Under the pieces are notes generated by a model that worked only from the letters and a program-made list of their open reading frames with translations, was not told the origin of the DNA and searched no databases. Positions 1 to 15,000 of a stretch of DNA of 64,000 bases are shown piece by piece. The translations under genes and the position numbers were made by a program. This DNA comes from Lingula anatina (lineage: Eukaryota; Animalia; Brachiopoda): contig CM120641.1 of assembly GCA_051362555.1 (NCBI GenBank), forward strand, positions 31,440,401 through 31,504,400, in the 5' to 3' direction. How positions within the stretch are numbered: position 1 is the first letter of the stretch; each line of letters begins with the position of its first letter.

Positions 1-3000
1 TGTCACCTCTTACACAAACAAACTCAAATCATAATATTTGATGTTTAATGTGAATCTAATTAGATGTTGTGAAATTGAAAAAAAAATATTGTAGATAATT
101 CTCACTCTTCGCATACAAAATGTCAGACAACTACAATTCTATCACACACTGTCAACTGTAAAGCTTATCACAGATTTTTGTTATTGCTAAGCATCATCTC
201 TCCAAATTTTACAAATATTGAACAAGTTTTGTGAAAATTATTAATATTTAACTATTTTAAGGCACCGCATTTTGCAGTCTTTTCAGTTTCATTTTCAATT
301 TTCTCAATTTCATTGTCCAAAAAAAAAATCTTTTTAATGAGACACAGTCAACTGATGAGTTTATCACAGATTTTTATTGTTGTTATGCATCATCTGTCCA
401 AATTTCACAAATTTTGGACAAGATTTGTGAAAATTATTAACGTTTAACTATTTTAAGGCACCGCATTTTGCAGTCTTGTCAATGTCATTTTCAGTATTTC
501 TCAAATTTATATGTTCTGAAAATATCCTTTTTATTAGACATAGTCAACTGTTTAGGTTAAGTTTATCAAAATTAACTTTCATCTATTTTAGTGTCGGAAA
601 TTTGTCAATTTTTAGAATTTAATTTTCACTTTTATTAAACATATTGTTCTTTTTCCAGGTGACCTTTTCCATACAGCGTGATGGCTTTTTTCGTGAACTG
701 ATTCTTCCTGTCTGGTCAGGGCTAATTCCTATAGAAAAAACAGACAGCAAAAGACAACAGCAAGAGCGATGCTATGTCTCATCTATGTGTACAATAGATG
801 GTATATGGCAAGCTTTAGGACATTGTCAAATGGTGTGCTAAACCCTATTCCAGAAACTGATTGTAAGGAGGAATCTGCATCTGGTATTGGTAGTAAGGAG
901 ATGTCTTAAATGGGTATATATTCTTTTCCAGAGGACAATTATGGGTAATTTGTCACCTCTTACACAAACAAACTCAAATCATAATATTTGATGTTTAATG
1001 TGAGTCTAATTAGATGTTGTGAAATTGAAAAAAAAAATATTGTAGATAATTCTCACTCTTCGCATACAAAATGTCAATCAACTACAATTATATCACACAC
1101 TGTCAACTGTTAAGCTTATCACAGATTTTTGTTATTGTTAAGCATCATCTCTCCAAATTTCACAAATGTTGAACAAGTTTTGTGAAAATTATTAACATTT
1201 AACTATTTTAAGGCACCGCATTTTGCAGTCTTCTCAGTGTCATTTTCAGTTTTTACACATTTATATGCTCTGAAAATTCTTTTTCATGAGACACAGTCAA
1301 CTGATGAGCTCATCACAGATTTTTATTGTTGTTATGTATCATCTCTCCAAATTGCACAAACATTAGACAAGATTTGTGAAAATTATTAACGTTTAACTAT
1401 TTTAAGCCATGGAATTTTGCAGTCTTTGCAATGTCATTTTAAGTTTTTTCACATTTATATGCTCTGAAAATTCTTTTTCATGAGACACATTCAACTGATG
1501 AGCTTATTACAGATTTTTATTGTTCTTATGCATCATCTTTCCAAATTTCACAAATATAGACAAAATTTGTGAAAATAATTAACGTTTAACTATTTTAAGC
1601 CATGGAATTTGGCAATCGTTTCAGTGTTATTGTCAGTTTTCTCAAATTTATTGTCCAAAAAAAATCTTTTTCACGAGACACACTCAACTGCTGAGCTTAT
1701 CACAGATTTTTATTGTTGTTATGCATCATCTATCCAAATTTCACAAATATTAGACAAGATTTGTGAAAATTATTAACGTTTAACTATTTTAAGGCACTGC
1801 ATTTTGCAGTCTTTTCAATGTCATTTTCAGTTTTCTCAATTTTATTGTCCAAAAAAATCTTTTTTATGAGACACAGGCAACTGATGAGCTTATCACAGAT
1901 TTTTATTGTTGTTATGCATCATCTGTCCAAATTTCACAAATATTAGACAAGATTTGTGAATATTATTAACGTTTAACTATTTTAAGGCACCGCATTTTGC
2001 AGTCTTTTCAATGTCATTTTCAGTTTTCTTAAATTTATTGTCCAAAAAAATCTTTTTCATGAGACACAGTCAACTGATGAGCTTATCACAGATTTTTATT
2101 ATTGTTATGCATCATCTGTCCAAATTTCACAAATTTTGGACAAGATTTGTGAAAAATATAAACATTTAAATATTTTATACCATGGAATTTGGCAGTCTTT
2201 TCAGTGTCATTTTCAGTTTTCTCGCATTTATATGCTCTGAAAAATGTCAACTGTCAACTGATAAGCTTATCACAGATTTTTATTATTGTTATGCATCATC
2301 TGTCCAAATGTCACAAATATTGGACAAGATTTTTGAAAATTATTAACATTTAACTATTTTAAGGCACCGCATTTGGCAGTCTTTTCAATGTCATTTTCAG
2401 TTTTTCTCAAATTTATATGTTCTGAAAATATCCTTTTTATTAGACACAGTCAACTGTTTAGGTTAAGTTTATCAAAATTACTGTTCAACTATTTTAGTGT
2501 CGGAAATTTGTCAATTTTTAGAATTTAATTTTCACTTTTATTAAACATATTGTTCTTTTTCCAGGTGACCTTTTCCATACAGCGTGATGGCTTTTTTGGT
2601 GAACTGATTCTTCCTGTCTGGTCAGGGCTAATTCCTATAGAAAAAACAGACAGCAAAAGACAACAGCAAGAGCAATACTATGTCTCATCTATGTGTACAA
2701 TAGATGGTATATGGCAAGCTTTAGGACATTGTCAAATGGTGTGCTAAACCCTATTCCAGAAACTGATTGTAAGGAGGAATCTGCATCTGGTATTGGTAGT
2801 AAGGAGATGTATTAAATGGGTATATATTCTTTTCCAGAGGACAATTATGGGTAATTTGTCACCTCTTACACAAACAAACTCAAATCATAATATTTGATGT
2901 TTAATGTGAGTCTAATTAGATGTTGTGAAATTGAAAAAAAAAAAATATTGTAGATAATTCTCACTCTTCGCATACAAAATGTCAATCAACTACAATTATA

Positions 3001-6000
3001 TCACACACTGTCAACTGTTAAGCTTATCACAGATTTTTGTTATTGTTAAGCATCATCTCTCCAAATTTCACAAATGTTGAACAAGTTTTGTGAAAATTAT
3101 TAACATTTAACTATTTTAAGGCACCGCATTTTGCAGTCTTCTCAGTGTCATTTTCAGTTTTTACACATTTATATGCTCTGAAAATTCTTTTTCATGAGAC
3201 ACAGTCAACTGATGAGCTTATCACAGATTTCTATTGTTGTTATGTATCATCTCTCCAAATTGCACAAACATTAGACAAGATTTGTGAAAATTATTAACGT
3301 TTAACTATTTTAAGCCATGGAATTTTGCAGTCTTTGCAATGTCATTTTAAGTTTTTTCACATTTATATGCTCTGAAAATTCTTTTTCATGAGACACATTC
3401 AACTGATGAGCTTATTACAGATTTTTATTGTTCTTATGCATCATCTTTCCAAATTTCACAAATATAGACAAAATTTGTGAAAATAATTAACGTTTAACTA
3501 TTTTAAGCCATGGAATTTTGCAGTCTTTTCAATGTCATTTTCAGTTTTCTCAATTTTATTGTCCAAAAAAATCTTTTTTATGAGACACAGGCAACTGATG
3601 AGCTGATCACAGATTTTTATTGTTGTTATGCATCATCTGTCCAAATTTCACAAATATTAGACAAGATTTGTGAAAATTATTAACGTTTAACTATTTTAAG
3701 GCACCGCATTTTGCAGTCTTTTCAATGTCATTTTCAGTTTTCTCAAATTTATTGTCCAAAAAAATCTTTTTCATGAGACACAGTCAACTGATGAGCTTAT
3801 CACAGATTTTTATTATTGTTATGCATCATCTGTCCAAATTTCACAAATTTTGGACAAGATTTGTGAAAAATATAAACATTTAAATATTTTATACCATGGA
3901 ATTTGGCAGTCTTTTCAGTGTCATTTTCAGTTTTCTCACATTTATATGCTCTGAAAAATGTCAATTGTCAACTGATAAGCTTATCACAGATTTTTATTAT
4001 TGTTATGCATCATCTGTCCAAATGTCACAAATATTGGACAAGATTTTTGAAAATTATTAACATTTAACTATTTTAAGGCACCGCATTTGGCAGTCTTTTC
4101 AATGTCATTTTCAGTTTTTCTCAAATTTATATGTTCTGAAAATATCCTTTTTATTAGACACAGTCAACTGTTTAGGTTAAGTTTATCAAAATTACTGTTC
4201 AACTATTTTAGTGTGGGAAATTTGTCAATTTTTAGAATTTAATTTTCACTTTTTTCAAACATATTGTTCTTTTTCCAGGTGACCTTTTCCATAATGGCTT
4301 TTTTGGTGAACTGATTCTTCCTGTCTAGTCAGGGCTAATTCCTATAGAAAAAACAGACAGCAAAAGACAACAGCAAGAGCGATGCTATGTCTCATCCATG
4401 TGTACAATAGATGGTATATGGCAAGCTTTAGGACATTGTCAAATGGTGTGCTAAACCCTATTCCAGAAACCGATTGTAAGGAGGAATCTGCATCTGGTAT
4501 TGGTAATAAGGAGATGTCTTAAATGGGTATATATTCTTTTCCAGAGGACAATTATGGGTAATTTGTCACCTCTTACACAAACAAACTCAAATCATAATAT
4601 TTGATGTTTAATGTGAATCTAATTAGATGTTGTGAAATTGAAAAAAAAATATTGTAGATAATTCTCACTCTTCGCATACAAAATGTCAGACAACTACAAT
4701 TCTATCACACACTGTCAACTGTAAAGATTATCACAGATTTTTGTTATTGCTAAGCATCATCTCTCCAAATTTCACAAATATTGAACAAGTTTTGTGAAAA
4801 TTATTAATATTTAACTATTTTAAGGCACCGCATTTTCCAGTCTTTTCAGTTTCATTTTCAATTTTCTCAATTTCATTGTCCAAAAAAAAAAAAATCTTTT
4901 TAATGAGACACAGTCAACTGATGAGTTTATCACAGATTTTTATTGTTGTTATGCATCATCTATCCAAATTTCACAAATATTAGACAAGATTTGTGAAAAT
5001 TATTAATGTTTAACTATTTTAAGCCATGGAATTTGGCAGTCTTTTCAATGTCATTTTCAGTTTTCTCACATTTATATGCCCTTAAAAATGTTTTTCATGA
5101 GATGCAGTCAACTGATGAGCTTATCACAGATTTTTATTATTGTTAAGCATCATCTGTCTAAATTTCACAAATATTGAACAAGTTTTGTGAAAATTGTTAA
5201 CGTTTAACTATTTTAAGGCACCGCATTTTGCAGTCTTCTCATTGTCATTTTCAATTTTCTCAAATTTATTGTCCAAAAAAATCTTTTAAATGAGACACAG
5301 TCAACTGATGAGCTTATCACAGATTTGTATTATTGTTATGCATCATCTATCTAAATTTCACAAATATTAGACAAGATTTGTGAAAATTATTAACGTTTAA
5401 CTATTTCAAGCCATGGAATTTGGCAGTTTTTTCAATGTCATTTTCAGAATTTCTCAAATTTATATGTTCTGAAAATGTCCTTTTTATTAGACATAGTCAA
5501 CTGTTTAGGTTAAGTTTATCAAAATAATTGTTCTACTATTTTAGTGTGGGAAATTTGTCAATATTTAGAATTTAATTTTCACTTTTATCAAACATATTGT
5601 TCTTTTTTCAGGTGACCTTTTCCATACAGCATGATGGCTTTTTTGGTGAACTGATTCTTCCTGTCTGGTCAGGGCTAATTCCTATAGAAAAAACAGACAG
5701 CAAAAGACAACAGCAAGAGCAATGCTATGTCTCATCCATGTGTACAATAGATGGTATATGGCAAGCTTTAGGACATTGTCAAATGGTGTGCTAAACCCTA
5801 TTCCAGAAACCGATTGTAAGGAGGAATCTGCATCTGGTATTGGTAGTAAGTAGATATTATTTTTGTTATTGTTAAGCATCATCTCTCCAAATTTGACAAA
5901 TATTACACAAGATTTGTGAAAATTATTAACGTTTAACTATTTTAAGGCACCGCATTTTGCAGTATTTTCAGTTTCATTTTCAATTTTCTCAATTTTATTG

Positions 6001-9000
6001 TCCAAAAAAAAAAAATCTTTTTAATGAGACACAGTCAACTGATGAGTTTATCACAGATTTTTATTGTTGTTATGCATCATCTATCCAAATTTCACAAATA
6101 TTAGACAAGATTTGTGAAAATTATTAACGTTTAACTATTTTAAGGAACCGCATTTTACAGTCTTTTCAATGTCATTTTCAGTTTTCTCAATTTTATTGTC
6201 CAAAAAAATCTTTTTTATGAGACACAGTCAACTGATGAGCTTATCACAGATTTTTATTGTTGTTATGCATCATCTATCCAAATTTCACAAATATTAGACA
6301 AGATTTGTGAAAATTATTAACGTTTAACTATTTTAAGGCACCGCATTTGGCAGTCTTTTCAATGTCATTTTCAGTTTTTCTCAAATTTATATGTTCTGAA
6401 AATATCACTTTCATTAGACACAGTCAACTGTTTATGTTAAGTTTATCAAAATTACTGTTCAACTATTTTAGTGTGGGAAATTTGTCAATTTTTAGAATTT
6501 AATTTTCACTTTTATTAAACATATTGTTCTTTTTCCAGGTGACCTTTTCCATACAGCGTGATGGCTTTTTTCGTGAACTGATTCTTCCTGTCTGGTCAGG
6601 GCTAATTCCTATAGAAAAAACAGACAGCAAAAGACAACAGCAAGAGCAATGCTATGTCTCATCTATGTGTACAATAGATGGTATATGGCAAGCTTTAGGA
6701 CATTGTCAAATGGTGTGCTAAACCCTATTCCAGAAACCGATTGTAAGGAGGAATCTGCATCTGGTATTGGTAGTAAGGTGATGTCTTAAATGGGTATATA
6801 TTCTTTTCCAGAGGACAATTATGGGTAATTTGTCACCTCTTACACAAACAAACTCAAATCATAATATTTGATGTTTAATGTGAGTCTAATTAGATGTTGT
6901 GAAATTGAAAAAAAAAATATTGTAGATAATTCTCACTCTTCGCATACAAAATGTCAATCAACTACAATTCTATCACACACTGTCAACTGTTAAGCTTATC
7001 ACAGATTTTTGTAATTGTTAAGCATCATCTCTCCAAATTTCACAAATATTGAACAAGTTTTGTGAAAATTATTAACGTTAAACTATTTTAAGCCATGGCA
7101 TTTTGCTGTCTTTTCAGTTTCATTTTCAATTTTCTCAAATTTATTGTCCAAAATAAATCTTTTTCATGAGACACAGTCAACTGATGAGCTTATCACAGAT
7201 TTCTATTATTGTTATGCATCATCTGTCCAAATTTCACAAATCTTGAACAAGATTATGAAAATTATTAACGTTTAACTATGTCAAGCCATGGAATTTGGCA
7301 GTCTTTTCAATGTCATATTCAGTATTTCTCAAATTTATATGTTCTGAAAATGTCCTTTTTATTAGACATAGTCAACTGTTTAGGTTAAGTTTATCAAAAT
7401 TATTGTTCTACTATTTTAGTGTGGGAAATTTGTCAATATTTAGAATTTAATTTTCACTTTTATCAAACATATTGTTCTTTTTCCAGGTGACCTTTTCCAT
7501 ACAGCGTGATGGCATTTTTGGTGAACTGATTCTTCCTGTCTGGTCAGGGCTAATTCCTATAGAAAAAACAGACAGCAAAAGACAACAGCAAGAGCAATGC
7601 TATGTCTCATCCATGTGTACAATAGATGGTATATGGCAAGCTTTAGGACATTGTCAAATGGTGTGCTAAACCCTATTCCAGAAACCGATTGTAAGGAGGA
7701 ATCTGCATCTGGTATTGGTAGTAAGGTGATGTCTTAAATGGGTATATATTCTTTTCCAGAGGACAATTATGGGTAATTTGTCACCATTACACAAACAAAC
7801 TCAAATCATAATATTTGATGTTTAATGTGAGTCTAATTAGATGTTGTGAAATTGAAAAAAAAATATTGTAGATAATTCTCACTCTTCGCATACAAAATGT
7901 CAATCAACTACAATTCTATCACACACTGTCAACTGTTAAGCTTATCACAGATTTTTGTAATTGTTAAGCATCATCTCTCCAAATTTCACAAATATTGAAC
8001 AAGTTTTGTGAAAATTATTAACGTTAAACTATTTTAAGCCATGGCATTTTGCAGTCTTTTCAGTTTCATTTTCAATTTTCTCAAATTTATTGTCCAAAAT
8101 AAATCTTTTTCATGAGACACAGTCAACTGATGAGCTTATCACAGATTTCTATTATTGTTATGCATCATCTGTCCAAATTTCACAAATCTTGAACAAGATT
8201 ATGAAAATTATTAACGTTTAACTATGTCAAGCCATGGAATTTGGCAGTCTTTTCAATGTCATATTCAGTATTTCTCAAATTTATATGTTCTGAAAATGCC
8301 CTTTTTATTAGACATAGTCAACTGTTTAGGTTAAGTTTATCAAAATTATTGTTCTACTATTTTAGTGTGGGAAATTTGTCAATATTTAGAATTTAATTTT
8401 CACTTTTATCAAACATATTGTTCTTTTTCCAGGTGACCTTTTCCATACAGCGTGATGGCATTTTTGGTGAACTGATTCTTCCTGTCTGGTCAGGGCTAAT
8501 TCCTATAGAAAAAACAGACAGCAAAAGACAACAGCAAGAGCAATGCTATGTCTCATCCATGTGTACAATAGATGGTATATGGCAAGCTTTAGGACATTGT
8601 CAAATGGTGTGCTAAACCCTATTCCAGAAACCGATTGTAAGGAGGAATCTGCATCTGGTATTGGTAGTAAGGAGATGTCTTAAATGGGTATATATTCTTT
8701 TCCAGAGGACAATTATGGGTAATTTGTCACCTCTTACACAAACAAACTCAAATCATAATATTTGATGTTTAATGTGAGTCTAATTAGATGTTGTGAAATT
8801 GAAAAAAAAAATATTGTAGATAATTCTCACTCTTCGCATACAAAATGTCAATCAACTACAATTATATCACACACTGTCAACTGCTAAGCTTATCACAGAT
8901 TTTTGTTATTGTTAAGCATCATCTTTCCAAATTTCACAAATGTTGAACAAGTTTTGTGAAAATTATTAACATTTAACTATTTTAAGGCACCGCATTTTGC

Positions 9001-12000
9001 AGTCTTTTCAGTGTCATTTTCAGTTTTTACACATTTATATGCTCTGAAAATTCTTTTTCATGAGACACAGTCAACTGATGAGCTTATCACAGATTTCTAT
9101 TGTTGTTATGTATCATCTCTCCAAATTGCACAAACATTAGACAAGATTTGTGAAAATTATTAACGTTTAACTATTTTAAGCCATGGAATTTTGCAGTCTT
9201 TGCAATGTCATCTTAAGTTTTTTCACATTTATATGCTCTGAAAATTCTTTTTCATGAGACACATTCAACTGATGAGCTTATTACAGATTTTTATTGTTCT
9301 TATGCATCATCTTTCCAAATTTCACAAATATAGACAAAATTTGTGAAAATAATTAACGTTTAACTATTTTAAGCCATGGAATTTGGCAATCGTTTCAGTG
9401 TTATTGTCAGTTTTCTCAAATTTATTGTCCAAAAAAAATCTTTTTCACGAGACACACTCAACTGCTGAGCTTATCACAGATTTTTATTGTTGTTATGCAT
9501 CATCTATCCAAATTTCACAAATATTAGACAAGATTTGTGAAAATTATTAACGTTTAACTATTTTAAGGCACCGCATTTTGCAGTCTTTTCAATGTCATTT
9601 TCAGTTTTCTCAATTTTATTGTCCAAAAAAATCTTTTTTATGAGACACAGGCAACTGATGAGCTTATCACAGATTTTTATTGTTGTTATGCATCATCTAT
9701 CCAAATTTCACAAATATTAGACAATATTTGTGAAAATTATTAACGTTTAACTATTTTAAGGCACCGCATTTGGCAGTCTTTTCAATGTCATTTTCAGTTT
9801 TCTCAAATTTATTGTCCAAAAAAATCTTTTTCATGAGACACAGTCAACTGATGAGGTTATCACAGATTTTTATTATTGTTATGCATCATCTGTCCAAATT
9901 TCACAAATTTTGGACAAGATTTGTGAAAAATATAAACGTTTAAATAATTTATTCCATGGAATTTGGCAGTCTTTTCAGTGTCATTTTCAGTTTTCTCGCA
10001 TTTATATGCTCTGAAAAATGTCAACTGTCAACTGATAAGCTTATCACAGATTTTTATTATTGTTATGCATCATCTGTCCAAATGTCACAAATATTGGACA
10101 AGATTTTTGAAAATTATTAACATTTAACTATTTTAAGACACCGCATTTGGCAGTCTTTTCAATGTCATTTTCAGTTTTTCTCAAATTTATATGTTCTGAA
10201 AATATCCTTTTTATTAGACACAGTCAACTGTTTAGGTTAAGTTTATCAAAATTACTGTTCAACTATTTTAGTGTGCGAAATTTGTCAATTTTTAGAATTT
10301 AATTTTCACTTTTTTCAAACATATTGTTCTTTTTCCAGGTGACCTTTTCCATAATGGCTTTTTTGGTGAACTGATTCTTCCTGTCTGGTCAGGGCTAATT
10401 CCTCTAGAAAAAACAGACAGCAAAAGACAACAGCAAGAGCAATGCTATGTCTCATCCATGTGTACAATAGATGGTATATGGCAATTTTTAGGACATTGTC
10501 AAATGGTGTGCTAAACCCTATTCCAGAAACCGATTGTAAGGAGGAATCTGCATCTGGTATTGGTAGTAAGGAGATATTATTTTTGTTATTGTTAAGCATC
10601 ATCTCTCCAAATTTGACAAATATTAGACAAGATTTGTGAAAATTATTAACATTTAACTGTTTTAAGGCACCGCATTTTGCAGTCTTCTCAGTGTCATTTT
10701 CAATTTTCTCAAATTAATTGTCCAAAAAAATCTTTTTAATGAGACACAGTCAACTGATGAGCTTATCACAGATTTTTATTGTTGTTATGCATCATCTATC
10801 CAAATTTCACAAATATTAGACAAGATTTGTGAAAATTATTAACGTTTAACTATTTTAAGGCACCGCATTTTGCAGTCTTTTCAATGTCATTTTCAGTTTT
10901 CTCAATTTTATTGTCCAAAAAAATCTTTTTTATGAGACACAGTCAACTGATGAGCTTATGACAGATTTTTATTGTTGTTATGCATCATCTATCCAAATTT
11001 CACAAATATTAGACAAGATTTGTGAAAATTATTAACGTTTAACTATTTTATGCCATGGAATTTGCAGTCTTTTCAGTGTCATTTTCAGTTTTCTCACATT
11101 TATATGCTCTCAAAAATGTTTTTCATGAGACACACTCAACTGATGAGGTGATCACAGATTTTTATTGTTGTTATGCATCATCTATCCAAATTTCACAAAT
11201 ATTAGACAAGATTTGTGAAAATTATTAACGTTTAACTATTTTATACCATGGAATTTGGCAGTCTTTTCAATGTCATTTTCAGTTTTCTTACATTTATATG
11301 CTCTGAAAAATGTTTTTCATGAGACACAGTCAACTGATGAGCTTATCACAGATTTTTATTATTGTTATGCGTCATCTGTCCAAATTTCACAAATATTAGA
11401 CAAGATTTGTGAAAATTATTAACGTTTAACTATTTTATACCATGGAATTTGGCAGTCTTTTCAATGTCATTTTCAGTTTTCTTACATTTATATGCTCTGA
11501 AAAATTTCAACTGTCAACTGATAAGCTTATCAGTGATTCTTATTATTGTTATGCATCATCTGTCCAAATTTCACAAATATTGGACAAGATTTGTGAAAAT
11601 TATTAACGTTTAACTATTTTATACCATGGAATTTGCAGTCTTTTCAGTGTCATTTTCAGTTTTCTCACATTTATATGCTCTCAAAATGTTTTTCATGAGA
11701 CACAGTCAACTGATGAGCTTATCACAGATTTTTATTATTGTTGTATGCATCATCTATCCAAATTTCACAAATATTAGACAATATTTGTGAAAATTATTAA
11801 CGTTTAACTATTTTAAGCCATGGAATTTGGCAGTCTTTTCAATGTCATTTTCAGTTTTCTCACATTTATATGCTCTGAAAAATGTTTTTCATGAGACACA
11901 GTCAACTGATGAGCTTATCACAGATTTTTATTATTGTTATGCATCATCTCTCCAAATTCCACAAATATTAGACAAGATTTGTGAAAAATATAAACGTTTA

Positions 12001-15000
12001 ACTATTTTATACCATGGAATTTGGCAGTCTTTTCAGTGTCATTTTCAGTTTTCTCACATTTATATGCTCTGAAAAATGTCAACTGTCAACTGATAAGCTT
12101 ATCACAGATTTTTATTATTGTTATGCATCATCTGTCCAAATTTCTCAAATATTGGACAAGATTTTTGAAAATTATTAACATTTGACTATTTTAAGGCACC
12201 GCATTTGGCAGTCTTTTCAATGTCATTTTCAGTTTTTCTCAAATTTATATGTTCTGAAAATATCCTTTTTATTAGACACAGTCAAATGTTTAGGTTAAGT
12301 TTATCAAAATTACTGTTCAACTATTTTAGTGTGGGAAATTTGTCAATTTTTAGAATTTAATTTTCACTTTTTTCAAACATATTGTTCTTTTTCCAGGTGA
12401 CCTTTTCCATACAGCGTAATGGCTTTTTTGGTGAACTGATTCTTCCTGTCTGGTCAGGGCTAATTCCTATAGAAAAAACAGACAGCAAAAGACAACAGCA
12501 AGAGCAGTGCTATGTCTCATCCATGTGTACAATAGATGGTATATGGCAAGCTTTAGGACATTGTCAAATGGTGTGCTAAACCCTATTCCAGAAACCGATT
12601 GTAAGGAGGAATCTGCATCTGGTATTGGTAGTAAGGAGATGTTATTTTTGTTATTGTTCAGCATCATCTCTCCAAATTTGACAAATATTAGACAAGATTT
12701 GTGAAAATTATTAACATTTAACTGTTTTAAAGCACCGCATTTTGCAGTCTTTTCAATGGCATTTTCAGTTTTCTCAATTTTATTGTCCAAAAAAATCTTT
12801 TTATGAGACACAGTCAACTGATGAGCTTATCACAGATTTTTATTGTTGTTATGCATCATCTATCCAAATTTCACAAAATTTAGACAAGATTTGTGAAAAT
12901 TATTAACGTTTAACTATTTTAAGGCACCGCATTTTGCAGTCTTTTCAATGTCATTTTCAGTTTTCTCAATTTTATTGTCCAAAAAAATCTTTTTTATGAG
13001 ACACAGTCAACTGATGAGCTTATGACAGATTTTTATTGTTGTTATGCATCATCTATCCAAATTTCACAAATATTAGACAAGATTTGTGAAAATTATTAAC
13101 GTTTAACTATTTTATGCCATGGAATTTGCAGTCTTTTCAGTGTCATTTTCAGTTTTCTTACATTTATATGCTCTCAAAAATGATTTTCATGAGACACACT
13201 CAACTGATGAGGTGATCACAGATTTTTATTGTTGTTATGCATCATCTATCCAAATTTCACAAATATTAGACAAGATTTGTGAAAATTATTAACGTTTAAC
13301 TATTTTATACCATGGAATTTGGCAGTCTTTTCAATGTCATTTTCAGTTTTCTTACATTTATATGCTCTGAAAAATGTTTTTCATGAGACACAGTCAACTG
13401 ATGAGCTTATCACAGATTTTTATTATTGTTATGCATCATCTGTCCAAATTTCACAAATATTAGACAAGATTTGTGAAAATTATTAACGTTTAACTATTTT
13501 ATACCATGGAATTTGGCAGTCTTTTCAATGTCATTTTCAGTTTTCTTACATTTATATGCTCTGAAAAATGTCAACTGTCAACTGATAAGCTTATCACAGA
13601 TTCTTATTATTGTTATGCATCATCTGTCCAAATTTCACAAATATTGGACAAGATTTGTGAAAATTATTAACGTTTAACTATTTTATACCATGGAATTTGC
13701 AGTCTTTTCAGTGTCATTTTCAGTTTTCTCACATTTATATGCTCTCAAAATGTTTTTCATGAGACACAGTCAACTGATGAGCTTATCACAGATTTTTATT
13801 ATTGTTGTATGCATCATCTATCCAAATTTCACAAATATTAGACAATATTTGTGAAAATTATTAACGTTTAACTATTTTAAGCCATGGAATTTGGCAGTCT
13901 TTTCAATGTCATTTTCAGTTTTCTCACATTTATATGCTCTGAAAAATGTTTTTCATGAGACACAGTCAACTGATGAGCTTATCACAGATTTTTATTATTG
14001 TTATGCATCATCTCTCCAAATTCCACAAATATTAGACAAGATTTGTGAAAAATATAAACGTTTAACTATTTTATACCATGGAATTTGGCAGTCTTTTCAG
14101 TGTCATTTTCAGTTTTCTTACATTTATATGCTCTGAAAAATGTCAACTGTCAACTGATAAGCTTATCACAGATTTTTATTATTGTTATGCATCATCTGTC
14201 CAAATTTCTCAAATATTGGACAAGATTTGTGAAAATTATTAACATTTGACTATTTTAAGGCACCGCATTTGGCAGTCTTTTCAATGTCATTTTCAGTTTT
14301 TCTCAAATTTATATGTTCTGAAAATATCCTTTTTATTAGACACAGTCAAATGTTTAGGTTAAGTTTATCAAAATTACTGTTCAACTATTTTAGTGTGGGA
14401 AATTTGTCAATTTTTAGAATTTAATTTTCACTTTTTTCAAACATATTGTTCTTTTTCCAGGTGACCTTTTCCATACAGCTTAATGGCTTTTTTGGTGAAC
14501 TGATTCTTCCTGTCTGGTCAGGGCTAATTCCTATAGAAAAAACAGACAGCAAAAGACAACAGCAAGAGCAGTGCTATGTCTCATCCATGTGTACAATAGA
14601 TGGTATATGGCAAGCTTTAGGACATTGTCAAATGGTGTGCTAAACCCTATTCCAGAAACCGATTGTAAGGAGGAATCTGCATCTGGTATTGGTAGTAAGG
14701 AGATGTTATTTTTGTTATTGTTAAGCATCATCTCTCCAAATTTGACAAATATTAGACAAGATTTGTGAAAATTATTAACATTTAACTGTTTTAAAGCACC
14801 GCATTTTGCAGTCTTTTCAATGGCATTTTAAGTTTTCTCAATTTTATTGTCCAAAAAAATCTTTTTTATGAGACACAGTCAACTGATGAGCTTATCACAG
14901 ATTTTTATTGTTGTTATGCATCATCTATCCAAATTTCACAAATATTAGACAAGATTTGTGAAAATTATTAACGTTTAACTATTTTAAGGCACCGCATTTT

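Noticed and set aside
720-841. Cassette peptide as a piggyBac C-terminal cysteine-rich domain
   Set aside because: Only superficial resemblance (…KRQQQERCYV…). The required CxxC spacing and terminal His are absent.
1295-1385. Hammerhead ribozyme in the satellite monomer (CTGATGA followed later by GAAA), by analogy with newt, cricket and schistosome satellites
   Set aside because: No stem II closes between CTGATGA-G and the GAAA, which is itself tied up in the TTTCACAAAT/ATTTGTGAAA hairpin. No stem III or cleavage triplet is arranged correctly, and many monomers read CTGATAA. An Infernal search with Rfam hammerhead models would settle it.
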